A stretch of DNA of 64,000 bases from Azonexus sp. GTDB taxonomy: Bacteria; Pseudomonadota; Gammaproteobacteria; Burkholderiales; Rhodocyclaceae. Below, in pieces: positions 55,458 through 64,000 of the stretch. The notes below the pieces were generated by a model, which worked only from the letters and a program-made list of their open reading frames with translations, did no database searches and had not been told where the DNA came from. How positions within the stretch are numbered: the first letter of the stretch is position 1; the number at the start of each line of letters is the position of its first letter. Location: assembly GCA_046297855.1 (NCBI GenBank), contig JBKBHB010000017.1, positions 5,334 to 69,333 on the forward strand. The letters are read 5' to 3'. The translations under genes and the position numbers were made by a program.

Positions 55458-56216
55458 ATGGGTATCGTCTGGACCATCGTGGTCGGCTTCGTGATCGGCG
55501 TCGTCGCCAAGTTCCCGCATTCCGGGAAGAACACCCTGGGTTTCATTGCCACCGTCGGGTTCGGCTCCTTCCTGGCCGCTCTGGCCTCAGCCGCCCAGGC
55601 CGGCGCACTGGTCGACCTGTCGGCCGAAGCGAGTCGCCCGGCCACCAACGACATGGTGCGGGCCCGTGTCTTCAGCGAAGCCAGTGGCAGCAACCCGGCC
55701 GACCTGGCACGCCAGGTCAATGGCACGGTGGCTGAGGCCTTGAAGGCCATCCGCGAGAGAAAGGAGGTCACGGTAAAGACCGGCAACCAGTCGACCTACC
55801 CAATCTATACCCAGGCCCGCAAGATCGATGGTTGGCGCATGCGCAGCGAACTGCTGATCGAATCGAAGGATTTCGGCGTCGTGTCCGAACTGCTCGGCCG
55901 CCTGCAGCAGATGCGCCTGGCGGTGGGTGACATCGTCCAGATGCCGTCGCCCGAAACGCGCCGTCAGGCCGAGGACGAAGCCATGCGCGACGCCATCGAC
56001 GCCTTCCGTAACCGGGCAGCGGTGGTTGCCGGGCAACTTGGCAAGGGCTGGAAGATCAAGCAGATGAACATCAACCAGGGCGGCGGCGGTCCGGTGCCGA
56101 TCATGCGCGGCGCCCGCGCCCCCCTGCTCGCTGCCGAAGCCGCCCAGGCCCCGCTCGAGGCGGGCGAAAGCACGATCACCACCCACGTGACCGGGCAGAT
56201 CGAACTGGACGATTGA
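55458..56216 (+). CDS. SIMPL (DUF541) domain protein with a YeaQ/YmgE-like N-terminus
   Basis: AGGGAGG RBS before ATG 55458. N-terminus MGIVWTIVVGFVIGVVAKF; body has T.NYST.P.Y-like, S.E.R..AE.EA...AI.AF..RA and GES.IT..V.G.IEL motifs. Confidence 0.85.
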   Translation: MGIVWTIVVGFVIGVVAKFPHSGKNTLGFIATVGFGSFLAALASAAQAGALVDLSAEASRPATNDMVRARVFSEASGSNPADLARQVNGTVAEALKAIRERKEVTVKTGNQSTYPIYTQARKIDGWRMRSELLIESKDFGVVSELLGRLQQMRLAVGDIVQMPSPETRRQAEDEAMRDAIDAFRNRAAVVAGQLGKGWKIKQMNINQGGGGPVPIMRGARAPLLAAEAAQAPLEAGESTITTHVTGQIELDD

Positions 56217-56273
56217 GCCAGACGGGTTGCCCCGCAACACGACGCCGCGGGGATGCTCAACGGCGTGTGCGAT

Positions 56274-56301
56274 TTGACGTGAATTTCATCACGGCCATAT
56301 T
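56274..56301 (+). promoter_or_regulatory. Candidate promoter TTGACG-N16-CATATT overlapped by a CRP-like palindrome CGTGA-N6-TCACG
   Basis: -35 at 56274-79, palindrome at 56278-93, -10-like hexamer at 56296-301. Confidence 0.45.
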
Positions 56302-56347
56302 TTGCTGGCTGGGTGAAACTGCAATCGGGTCACCAAGGAGCACGATC

Positions 56348-56548
56348 ATGTCAGCCAAGCATTCCCAGACGCTACGCCCGCCATCCGCCAACGCCGGCAC
56401 GGGCCGGGGTGTGGTCATGGCCGGGCAGGGCGACAACGGCCCGTTCAATCTGCGTGACACGCTGAGTTGCATTTCGGTGCGGGAAACCAGCTTCAGCGAA
56501 TTCCTGGCCGTCCTGCGGCAGCACAGGCCGCGAAGCGCCAAGCCCTGA
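56348..56548 (+). CDS. Small hypothetical protein (66 aa)
   Basis: AAGGAG RBS 7 nt before ATG 56348; candidate promoter upstream; stops just before the tRNA terminator. Confidence 0.6.
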   Translation: MSAKHSQTLRPPSANAGTGRGVVMAGQGDNGPFNLRDTLSCISVRETSFSEFLAVLRQHRPRSAKP

Positions 56549-56563
56549 ACGGAAAACCGGAAA

Positions 56564-56581
56564 GGCGGCCGTGAGGCCGTC
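56564..56581 (-). terminator. Probable terminator of the tRNA operon
   Basis: CGGCC-GTGA-GGCCG hairpin followed on the minus strand by CTTTCCGGTTTT. Confidence 0.5.
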
Positions 56582-56587
56582 GGCGGG

Positions 56588-56662
<75 letters not shown>

Positions 56663-56666
56663 AACC

Positions 56667-56742
56667 TGGTGCGTCCTGACGGGGTCGAACCGCCGACATT
56701 CGCCTTGTAAGGGCGACGCTCTACCAACTGAGCTAAGGACGC
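56667..56742 (-). tRNA. tRNA-Val(TAC)
   Basis: GCGTCCTTAGCTCAGTTGGTAGAGCGTCGCCCTTACAAGGCGAATGTCGGCGGTTCGACCCCGTCAGGACGCACCA; 4-nt spacer to tRNA-Thr. Confidence 0.97.
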
Positions 56743-56747
56743 GAAAG

Positions 56748-56783
56748 GGCGCGCATTATACCCAATATCAGCCCGGCGTCGAC
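56748..56783 (-). promoter_or_regulatory. Stable-RNA type promoter of the tRNA pair (GTCGAC-N17-TATAAT-GCGCGCC)
   Basis: TATAAT at 56760-56755 followed by a GC-rich discriminator just before tRNA-Val. Confidence 0.75.
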
Positions 56784-56863
56784 TTTTTATTCACGAAGCG
56801 GGTCGCAGGCAGGGGGGAGGTGGTAATTGCATTTTTATCGATTCTGGTGAATCATCTGGCGCC

Positions 56864-58249
56864 ATGGTTGCCCGTCTCCTCCAATCCGTTGCCGCTGCGT
56901 CCTCCGGTCGCTTGCAGCTTTCCGAACTCATCTCGGCGCTCAGTCACGCGCTGGACATTACGGAGGGCCAGCCGGAGGGGCATTGCGTGCGGTGTTGCTG
57001 GATCGGCATGCATATCGGCCGGCAGATCGGGCTCAGTGACGATGCCCTGTGGAACCTCTATTACACCTTGCTGCTCAAGGATCTCGGCTGCAGCAGCAAT
57101 GCGGCGCGCATCTGCGAGCTGTATCTGACGGACGATCTCGCCTTCAAGCGCGATTTCAAGACGGTGGGCGACAGCCTGCCGCAAGTGCTGGGTTTCGTGC
57201 TGGGTCACACCGGGCTCAAGGCGCCGCTGGCCGAGCGTTTCCGCAGCGTGCTGACCATATTCAGGGACGGCCGGCGGATTGCCGATGAACTGATTGCGAC
57301 GCGCTGCCATCGGGGCGCCGATATTGCCCGTCAGTTGCGTTTTCCGGAAAGCGTGGCCGCCGGCATTTTCAGTCTGGACGAGCATTTCAACGGACAGGGG
57401 CGCCCCGATGGCTTGGCTGGCGAGGCGATCCCGCTTTTTTCGCGCATCGCCCTGTTGGCCCAAGTGGTTGACGTCTTCCATACGGCGGGCGGCCGGCAGG
57501 CCGCGCTGGGCGAGGTGCGCGGGCGCGCCGGCACGTGGTTCGACCCGGCCTTGGTCGCCGCTTTCGAAGCCGTGGCCGTTGCCGACGATTTCTGGGCGAA
57601 ATTGTCTGATCCCGCCGTGATGACGGCGGTGCTTGCCCTGGAGCCGGCGGCGCACGTTGTCGAACTCGATGACGATTACCTCGACGACATTGCCGCCGCC
57701 TTCGGTCAGGTCGTCGACTCGAAAAGTCCTTACACCAGTGGCCACAGCGCCCGTGTGGCGCTCTATACCGACCTGATCGCGGAAACCCTTGGCCTCTCGT
57801 CGGAGCGTCGCCGCTGGCTGAAGCGTGGCGCGTTGCTGCACGACGTGGGCAAGCTCGGCGTCAGCAATAGTGTGCTCGACAAACCGGGCAAGCTGGATGC
57901 CGACGAGTGGGCGGCGGTGCAGGCACATGCCGCCTACACCGAGGCCATCCTCATCCGCATCAGTGCCTTTGCCGAACTGGCGGTCGTTGCCGCCGCCCAC
58001 CACGAACGGCTCGATGGCAAGGGCTATCCGCGCGGCCTGACGGCAGAGGCGATCTCGCTGGAAACCCGCATCATCACGACGGCCGACATCTTCGATGCGA
58101 TTACCGCCGAGCGCCCGTATCGCGGCGCCATTCCGATTCCGAAAACGCTTGAAATGATGGCCGAGAATGTCGGCACGGCCATCGATCCCGCCTGTTTCGC
58201 GGCACTCCGGCAAGCCATCGACCGCCTGCCGGATGCCTTCTGCCGGTAA
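56864..58249 (+). CDS. Tandem HD / HD-GYP domain phosphodiesterase
   Basis: N-terminal degenerate HD (GHCVR, LLKDLG); C-terminal HS.RVA, LHDVGK, HHERLDG.GYP and RPYR motifs. Confidence 0.92.
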   Translation: MVARLLQSVAAASSGRLQLSELISALSHALDITEGQPEGHCVRCCWIGMHIGRQIGLSDDALWNLYYTLLLKDLGCSSNAARICELYLTDDLAFKRDFKTVGDSLPQVLGFVLGHTGLKAPLAERFRSVLTIFRDGRRIADELIATRCHRGADIARQLRFPESVAAGIFSLDEHFNGQGRPDGLAGEAIPLFSRIALLAQVVDVFHTAGGRQAALGEVRGRAGTWFDPALVAAFEAVAVADDFWAKLSDPAVMTAVLALEPAAHVVELDDDYLDDIAAAFGQVVDSKSPYTSGHSARVALYTDLIAETLGLSSERRRWLKRGALLHDVGKLGVSNSVLDKPGKLDADEWAAVQAHAAYTEAILIRISAFAELAVVAAAHHERLDGKGYPRGLTAEAISLETRIITTADIFDAITAERPYRGAIPIPKTLEMMAENVGTAIDPACFAALRQAIDRLPDAFCR

Positions 58250-58294
58250 AATACGCGTTTTGTTCGCCGGCCGCGCCGGACAAGGTTTCCTCGC

Positions 58295-59617
58295 ATGACT
58301 ATTGAACAGAAAGTGCCGACCGTCGGCATCGTTTCCCTTGGCTGCCCGAAGGCCGGTTCCGATACCGAACGCATCCTGACCAAGCTGCGCGCCGAAGGCT
58401 ACCACCTGTCGCCCAATTACGACGATGCCGACCTGGTGATCGTCAACACCTGCGGCTTCATCGACGCCGCGGTCGAAGAGTCGCTCGATGCCATCGGCGA
58501 GGCGCTCAACGAGAACGGCAAGGTCATTGTCACCGGCTGCCTGGGCGCCAAAGGCGATATCGTGCAGACGACGCACCCATCCGTGCTCGCCGTGACCGGC
58601 CCGCACGCAGCCGATGAGGTGATGGGCTATGTGCATCAGCATCTGCCCAAGCCACACGATCCCTATACCGACCTGGTGCCGCCGCAGGGCGTGCGCCTGA
58701 CACCGGATCACTTCGCCTACCTGAAGATTTCCGAAGGCTGCAACCATAGCTGCACCTTCTGCATCATTCCGTCGCTGCGCGGCCCGCTGGTGTCGCGGCC
58801 GGTCGGCGACGTGCTGGCCGAGGCCGAAAGCCTGGCCCGCGCCGGCGTCAAGGAACTGCTCGTCATTTCGCAGGACACCTCGGCCTACGGCGTCGATCTG
58901 AAATACCGCACCGGTTTCTGGGGCGGCAAGCCGGTCAAGACCCGCCTGAAGGAGTTGTGCGAGGCGATGGCGCAGTTCGGCATCTGGGTGCGCTTGCATT
59001 ACGTCTATCCGTATCCGTCGGTCGATGACGTGATTCCGCTGATGGCCGAGGGCAAGATCCTGCCTTACCTCGACGTGCCCTTCCAGCACGCCAGCCCGAA
59101 GATCCTCAAGGCCATGAAGCGGCCGGCCTCGGCCGAGAACACGCTGGAGCGCATCGCCAAATGGCGCTCGATCTGCCCGGAAATCACCATCCGCTCGACC
59201 TTCATCACCGGCTTCCCCGGCGAGACGGAAGAGGATTTCGACCAGCTGATCCAGTTCCTCGAAGATGCCAGGCTCGACCGCGTCGGCGCCTTCGCCTACT
59301 CGCCGGTCGAGGGAGCGGCCGCCAACGATCTCGGGTTGATCCTGCCGGAAGACGTACGCGAGGATCGTCGCCGCTGGCTGATGCAGGTGCAGGAAGACAT
59401 TTCCGCCGAAAAGCTGGCCGCCAAGATCGACACGGTGATCGAAGTGCTGGTCGACGAGGTGGACGAGGAGGGCACCATTGCCCGCTCGAAGGCCGACGCA
59501 CCGGAAATCGACGGCCTGGTCTACATCGATGGCCATTTCGATGCCCAGCCGGGCGACTTCCTGCAGGTCAAGGTCATCGACGCCGACCACCATGACCTCT
59601 ACGCCCAGCTCGTCTGA
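58295..59617 (+). CDS. rimO: Ribosomal protein S12 methylthiotransferase
   Basis: VSLGCPK, NTCGFI, radical SAM motif [19 protein letters not shown]-terminal TRAM domain (DAPEIDG). Confidence 0.97.
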   Translation: MTIEQKVPTVGIVSLGCPKAGSDTERILTKLRAEGYHLSPNYDDADLVIVNTCGFIDAAVEESLDAIGEALNENGKVIVTGCLGAKGDIVQTTHPSVLAVTGPHAADEVMGYVHQHLPKPHDPYTDLVPPQGVRLTPDHFAYLKISEGCNHSCTFCIIPSLRGPLVSRPVGDVLAEAESLARAGVKELLVISQDTSAYGVDLKYRTGFWGGKPVKTRLKELCEAMAQFGIWVRLHYVYPYPSVDDVIPLMAEGKILPYLDVPFQHASPKILKAMKRPASAENTLERIAKWRSICPEITIRSTFITGFPGETEEDFDQLIQFLEDARLDRVGAFAYSPVEGAAANDLGLILPEDVREDRRRWLMQVQEDISAEKLAAKIDTVIEVLVDEVDEEGTIARSKADAPEIDGLVYIDGHFDAQPGDFLQVKVIDADHHDLYAQLV

Positions 59618-60998
59618 CCTGATCCCGATCCTTGCCGGTCTCGTCGGCGCGGCGCAGGTGCTGACCGAGCCGGGCGACATTGCGCCATTTGTCACCGACT
59701 GGCGGGGCCGTTACCGGGGCGCGGCGCGCTGCGTCGTGCGGCCTGGCCGTGTCGACGAAGTGGCGGCGGTGGTCAGGGCCTGCGCCACAGCCGGCGTGCC
59801 GATCGTGCCGCAGGGCGGCAACACCAGCCTGTGCGGGGCGGCAACCCCCGATGCCTCCGGGCAGGCCGTCGTACTTTGCCTTGCCCGCCTGAACCGCGTG
59901 CTGGCGGTCGATACGGGCAACAACACCATCACCGTTGAAGCCGGTTGCACGCTGGCAGCCGTGCAGGAAGCCGCGCGCGCCGCCGGCCGTCTGTTCCCGC
60001 TCGCCCTCGCGTCGGAAGGCAGTTGCCAGATTGGCGGCAATCTCTCCACCAACGCCGGTGGCGTGCAGGTGCTGCGCTACGGCAACATGCGCGAACTGAC
60101 CCTCGGCCTGCAGGTCGTTCTGCCCAGCGGCGAGATCTGGGATGGTCTGCGCGGCCTGCGCAAGGACAATACCGGCTATGACCTCAAGCACCTGTTCATC
60201 GGCGCCGAAGGGACGCTCGGCATCATCACGGCGGCGGTGCTCAAGCTCTTTCCGTTGCCGGTGCGGCAAAGTACGGTGTGGCTCAATGTTGCTTCACCGG
60301 CAGCGGCCGTCGAGCTGCTGACTGCCGCCAAGGCCGCTTTCGATGCGCAATTGACGGCCTTTGAACTGATTTCGGAAACCGCGCTCAATCTGGTGCTGCG
60401 CCACATTCCGGGGGCCAGCCGGCCGGGGGGCGCCAGCCCGTGGTACGTACTGGCCGAGTTTTCCGACGCCGATCCGGAGCAGGTCGAACAGTGGCTGGCG
60501 GCGCGCCTGGCAGAAGGCGTGGTGCTCGATGGAACGCTGGCCCGTTCCGAAGCCCAGGCCCGGCAACTGTGGGCGTTGCGCGAGTGCATTTCCGAAGCCC
60601 AGAAGATCGAGGGCTTCAGCATCAAGCACGACATCGCGGTGCCGGTCTCGCGCCTTCCCGAATTCCTCGAGCGAGCCGATGCGGTGTTGGGCAAAGCCTA
60701 CCCGGGCATTCGCGTCGTCGCCTTCGGCCACGTGGGCGACGGCAACCTGCATTACAACCTGTCGAAGGCCGAGGCCCAGGATAACGCGGCCTTCCTGGCA
60801 GCCCAGCCGGAGGTCAATCTCCTGGTGCACGATCTGGTCCATGCCCTGAACGGCTCGATCTCGGCCGAACATGGCCTGGGGCAACTGAAGCGCGTGGAAA
60901 TCCTGCGCTACAAGAGCCCGCTCGAAATGTCCCTGATGCGCCAGATCAAGCAGGCGCTCGATCCGGCCGGCCTGATGAACCCGGGCAAGCTGATCTGA
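59592..60998 (+). CDS. FAD-linked oxidoreductase (D-2-hydroxyacid dehydrogenase, GlcD/D2HGDH type)
   Basis: [58 protein letters not shown] and ISAEHG.G motifs. Start uncertain. Confidence 0.92.
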   Translation: MTSTPSSSDLIPILAGLVGAAQVLTEPGDIAPFVTDWRGRYRGAARCVVRPGRVDEVAAVVRACATAGVPIVPQGGNTSLCGAATPDASGQAVVLCLARLNRVLAVDTGNNTITVEAGCTLAAVQEAARAAGRLFPLALASEGSCQIGGNLSTNAGGVQVLRYGNMRELTLGLQVVLPSGEIWDGLRGLRKDNTGYDLKHLFIGAEGTLGIITAAVLKLFPLPVRQSTVWLNVASPAAAVELLTAAKAAFDAQLTAFELISETALNLVLRHIPGASRPGGASPWYVLAEFSDADPEQVEQWLAARLAEGVVLDGTLARSEAQARQLWALRECISEAQKIEGFSIKHDIAVPVSRLPEFLERADAVLGKAYPGIRVVAFGHVGDGNLHYNLSKAEAQDNAAFLAAQPEVNLLVHDLVHALNGSISAEHGLGQLKRVEILRYKSPLEMSLMRQIKQALDPAGLMNPGKLI

Positions 60999-61065
60999 TG
61001 CAGCGGCCGGCGGAGCATGGCGGGGGCCGGGCGCTGGTTGAGGGCCCGGCCATCGTTCGGCCGGC

Positions 61066-61947
61066 TCAGTTCAGCGCCTTGCCCTCGCTGGCGGCAAACA
61101 GGTCGGCCACGTCCTCGGCGGTGAAGCGATAAGTCCGGTTGCAGATGTCGTCGTTGATGACGATTTCGCCATGCTCAGCGAGGATGGCCTCGGCGTCGGC
61201 ACGGCCGATGCCGCGGATCATGTCGCGCACTTTCTCCCGGTTTTCCGGGCAGTGGTAAGTCACCGGCAGCGGATCGTAGAGGCGGACGCCCTGGTCGGCG
61301 ATGTCCTCATGGAACAGGCGGCCGAGCAGGCTTTCGGCGTCGAGTTCAAGCAGTTCCGTTGTCTTGACTGTCGATGCCAGCTGGCTGATGCGGTGCCAGC
61401 CATCCGGGTCGCGCTGGTCGGCGCCCGGCATTTTCTGCAGGAACAGGCAGCCGGCCGCCTGGCTGCTGGCCGTGGCGAACAGGCGTGAGGGCTGCTGTTC
61501 GGACTGCTCCAGGTAATGCTCGAAAATGGCTGCGATGCTGTCGCCGACCAGCGGCACGTAGCTCTGGTAGGGCTGGCGGGCTGTCGGCAGATCCAGGCTC
61601 ATCAGCAACTGGCCGCCCTGATGAGCACCAAGCAGATCAGGCACCGGCGCCGGCAGGACGACCGGGTTGCTGCGCGCCATGCCGCGCATCTGCAACTGCT
61701 CGTTGCAATCCATGATCAGCATCTGGATCGGGCCGTTGCCACGCAGTTGCAGGGTCAAACGACCGGGTTGCTTGAGCTGGGCAGCAATCAGCGCCGTGAC
61801 GGCGGCCGTTTCGCCGAGCAACTGGGCGACCGTCGGCTGATAATCGCGGCCGGCCTGCATGTCTTGCCAGGCATCGCCGAGGTGAACGATGGCGCCCCGG
61901 ATATCGAGGCTTTCGAAAAGGAAGCGGCGAACGAAACTGGCGCTCAT
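61066..61947 (-). CDS. hslO: Hsp33 family redox chaperone
   Basis: RFLFE....RG..V.L, G.LTLQL.G.GP, YQ..V.L, YL.QSEQ.P and LLQ.MP-like motifs. C-terminal Cys motifs are reduced (CPE...DDIC). Confidence 0.9.
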   Translation of the reverse strand: MSASFVRRFLFESLDIRGAIVHLGDAWQDMQAGRDYQPTVAQLLGETAAVTALIAAQLKQPGRLTLQLRGNGPIQMLIMDCNEQLQMRGMARSNPVVLPAPVPDLLGAHQGGQLLMSLDLPTARQPYQSYVPLVGDSIAAIFEHYLEQSEQQPSRLFATASSQAAGCLFLQKMPGADQRDPDGWHRISQLASTVKTTELLELDAESLLGRLFHEDIADQGVRLYDPLPVTYHCPENREKVRDMIRGIGRADAEAILAEHGEIVINDDICNRTYRFTAEDVADLFAASEGKALN

Positions 61948-62288
61948 TTCAGTTCCTCCGCATAGCTTTCCGGGGAGAAGCCGACGATCAGCCGGCTGCC
62001 GGTATCGAGCACCGGGCGCTTGATCAGTGCCGGGTACTGCGCCATCAGCGCCAGCGCCTTGGCTTCGTCCACATCGGCCCGCTCGGCCTCGCTCAACTTC
62101 TTCCACATCAGGCCACGTGTATTGAGCAGCTTCTGCCAGCCGGCCTTGGCCGCCCACGCGGGGAGGTGGGCTCCGGCTACGCCGGCCTTCTTGTAGTCGA
62201 TGAATTCGTAGGCGATTCCGTTATCCGAAAGCCAGTTCATTGCCTTCTTCATGGTGTCGCAGTTCTTGATGCCGAAAACCTTGATCAT
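61944..62288 (-). CDS. ArsC/Spx/MgsR family protein (YffB-like)
   Basis: I.VFGIKNCDTMKKA..WL, F.DYKK, LLN.RG..W.KL and P.LIKRP motifs. Confidence 0.92.
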   Translation of the reverse strand: MIKVFGIKNCDTMKKAMNWLSDNGIAYEFIDYKKAGVAGAHLPAWAAKAGWQKLLNTRGLMWKKLSEAERADVDEAKALALMAQYPALIKRPVLDTGSRLIVGFSPESYAEELK

Positions 62289-62388
62289 GGGATTGTTTTC
62301 TCGGGTCAAATGACAATTTTACCATTTCGGAGAAGTCGGGAAGGGCGGCGGGTTTGTCGCCATTCCCCGTTGCCGGTCGCGCTCCGGA

Positions 62389-64000
62389 TTACTTGCGCAG
62401 CTTGGCAAAGGCTGCCGCCATTGCGTTGCCGGCCGGTGGCGGGGGGCTGGCGTGGCGGGCCTGCTGGCGCGAGAGCGGAGCGCCGCGCTGGGTGCCGGCC
62501 TCGTGACTGCGCCCCTTGCCGGGTTCCTCGGAGAGGCGCATGGTCAGTGCGATGCGTTGCCGTGGCAGATCGACTTCCAATACCTTCACCTTGACGACCT
62601 GGCCGGCCTTGACGACCTCGTGCGGGTCCTTGACGAAGTGGTTGGCGAGCGCCGAGACGTGCACCAGGCCATCCTGGTGTACGCCGATGTCGACAAAGGC
62701 ACCAAAGGCAGCCACGTTGGTGACCACGCCTTCGAGGATCATTCCCGGTTGCAGGTCCTTCACTTCGGTGACGCCATCGGCGAAGGTCGCCGTCTTGAAC
62801 TCGGGGCGCGGATCGCGGCCGGGCTTTTCCAGTTCCTTCAGGATGTCCTGTACGGTCGGCAGGCCGAAGCACGCGTCGGTATATTTGCGCGGATCGACGC
62901 TTTTCAAGGTCCGGCTGTCGCCGAGCAGTTCCTTGATGGGCTTCTTGAGGTCGACGATGATCTTCTCGACTACCGGATAGGCTTCCGGATGCACCGAGGA
63001 AGCGTCGAGCGGGTTGTCGCCGTTGGCAATGCGCAAAAAGCCGGCGGCCTGTTCGAAGGTCTTGTCGCCCAGGCGTGGCACCTTTTTCAGGTCGTCGCGC
63101 GTCTTGAAGGCGCCGTGGGCATCGCGGTAACTGACGATGTTGGCGGCCAGTCCGGCGTTGAGGCCGGAAATGCGGGTGAGCAGCGGCACCGAGGCGGTAT
63201 TCACATCGACGCCAACGGCGTTCACGCAGTCCTCGACCACGGCATCAAGTGAGCGGGCGAGCTTGGTTTGCGATACGTCGTGCTGGTACTGGCCGACACC
63301 GATCGACTTCGGCTCGATTTTCACCAGTTCGGCCAACGGGTCCTGCAAGCGGCGGGCGATCGAGACGGCGCCACGCAGCGAGACGTCCAGCTCGGGGAAT
63401 TCCCTGGCGGCGAGTTCGGAGGCAGAATAGACCGAGGCGCCGGCTTCCGAGACGACCATTTTTTGCAGGCGGGCTTCCGGATATTTTTTCATCACGTCCT
63501 GCACCAGCTTGTCGGTTTCGCGGCTGGCGGTGCCGTTGCCGATGGCGATCAGCGATACGCCATGCTGACTGGCCAGGCGGGCAATGGTCTGGATCGAGCC
63601 GGCCCAGTCACAGCGCGGCTCGTGCGGGTAGATGGTTTCCGTGGCGAGCAGCTTGCCGGTGGCATCGACGACGGCGATCTTGCAGCCGGTGCGGATACCG
63701 GGGTCGATGCCCATCGTGACGTGCTGGCCGGCCGGGGCTGCGAGCAGCAGGTCCTTCAGGTTGCGGCCGAAAACGCGGATGGCTTCGTCCTCGGCGCGCT
63801 CGCGCAGCGCGTTCATCAGTTCCAGTTCGAGGTGGGTGTAAATCTTGACCTTCCAGGTCCAGCGCACGGTGTCGGCCAGCCACTTGTCCGCCGGGCGACC
63901 CAACGCCTTGATGCCGAACTTGCTGGCGATGCGCTGCTCGCACGGGTTGGGGCCGGGCTTGATGTTGTCTTCGTCGAGTTCCGAGTCGAGCACGAGCGTG
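62389..64000 (-). CDS. tex: Tex/YhgF RNA-binding transcription accessory protein (5' end outside the window)
   Basis: GIDPG.RTGCK (RNase H-like), [23 protein letters not shown], HhH repeats, S1 domain ([24 protein letters not shown]). Confidence 0.97.
   Translation of the reverse strand, partial: TLVLDSELDEDNIKPGPNPCEQRIASKFGIKALGRPADKWLADTVRWTWKVKIYTHLELELMNALRERAEDEAIRVFGRNLKDLLLAAPAGQHVTMGIDPGIRTGCKIAVVDATGKLLATETIYPHEPRCDWAGSIQTIARLASQHGVSLIAIGNGTASRETDKLVQDVMKKYPEARLQKMVVSEAGASVYSASELAAREFPELDVSLRGAVSIARRLQDPLAELVKIEPKSIGVGQYQHDVSQTKLARSLDAVVEDCVNAVGVDVNTASVPLLTRISGLNAGLAANIVSYRDAHGAFKTRDDLKKVPRLGDKTFEQAAGFLRIANGDNPLDASSVHPEAYPVVEKIIVDLKKPIKELLGDSRTLKSVDPRKYTDACFGLPTVQDILKELEKPGRDPRPEFKTATFADGVTEVKDLQPGMILEGVVTNVAAFGAFVDIGVHQDGLVHVSALANHFVKDPHEVVKAGQVVKVKVLEVDLPRQRIALTMRLSEEPGKGRSHEAGTQRGAPLSRQQARHASPPPPAGNAMAAAFAKLRK

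Noticed and set aside
56667-56742. tRNA-Val(TAC) with a GCGTCCT acceptor stem resembling Val(GAC) tRNAs
   Set aside because: All stems pair and the Val identity elements (anticodon AC, A73) are intact; ordinary isoacceptor variation.

Overview
GC-rich chromosomal window from a betaproteobacterium; gene content and sequence style suggest Rhodocyclales (Dechloromonas/Azonexus-like), which is an inference. About 65 protein genes and 2 tRNAs (Val-TAC, Thr-GGT). Core genes: comEC, relA, infA, a csp gene, ppk1, fpr/finR, rimO, hslO, tex. Accessory modules: a TatT-type (TPAT) TRAP transporter; ArnT-like GT + PAP2; a MASE1 kinase/FixJ-type pair; a MarR-linked C26 hydrolase/CPA2 antiporter/YbdK ligase module; an isolated menE-menF pair; CbbR-like LysR + sbtA/sbtB; a lower-GC TonB-dependent receptor/PepSY-TM islet; and a dioxygenase/cyt b561/2xYceI operon. 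No CRISPR array, transposase, integrase or phage gene was recognised by eye. Best leads: (1) the gamma-glutamyl ligase/hydrolase/antiporter module; (2) the TonB receptor with a perfect FNR box plus two tandem RegA/RegR-like boxes; (3) the CbbR-SbtAB unit with a three-site operator and no RuBisCO nearby; (4) an unannotated PEP-CTERM remnant in frame behind a stop codon; (5) a YeaQ-SIMPL gene chimera; (6) a secreted beta-lactamase-fold protein lacking its catalytic residues; (7) a two-cysteine Hsp33; (8) several apparently leaderless promoters. All family calls come from motif recognition, not database searches.
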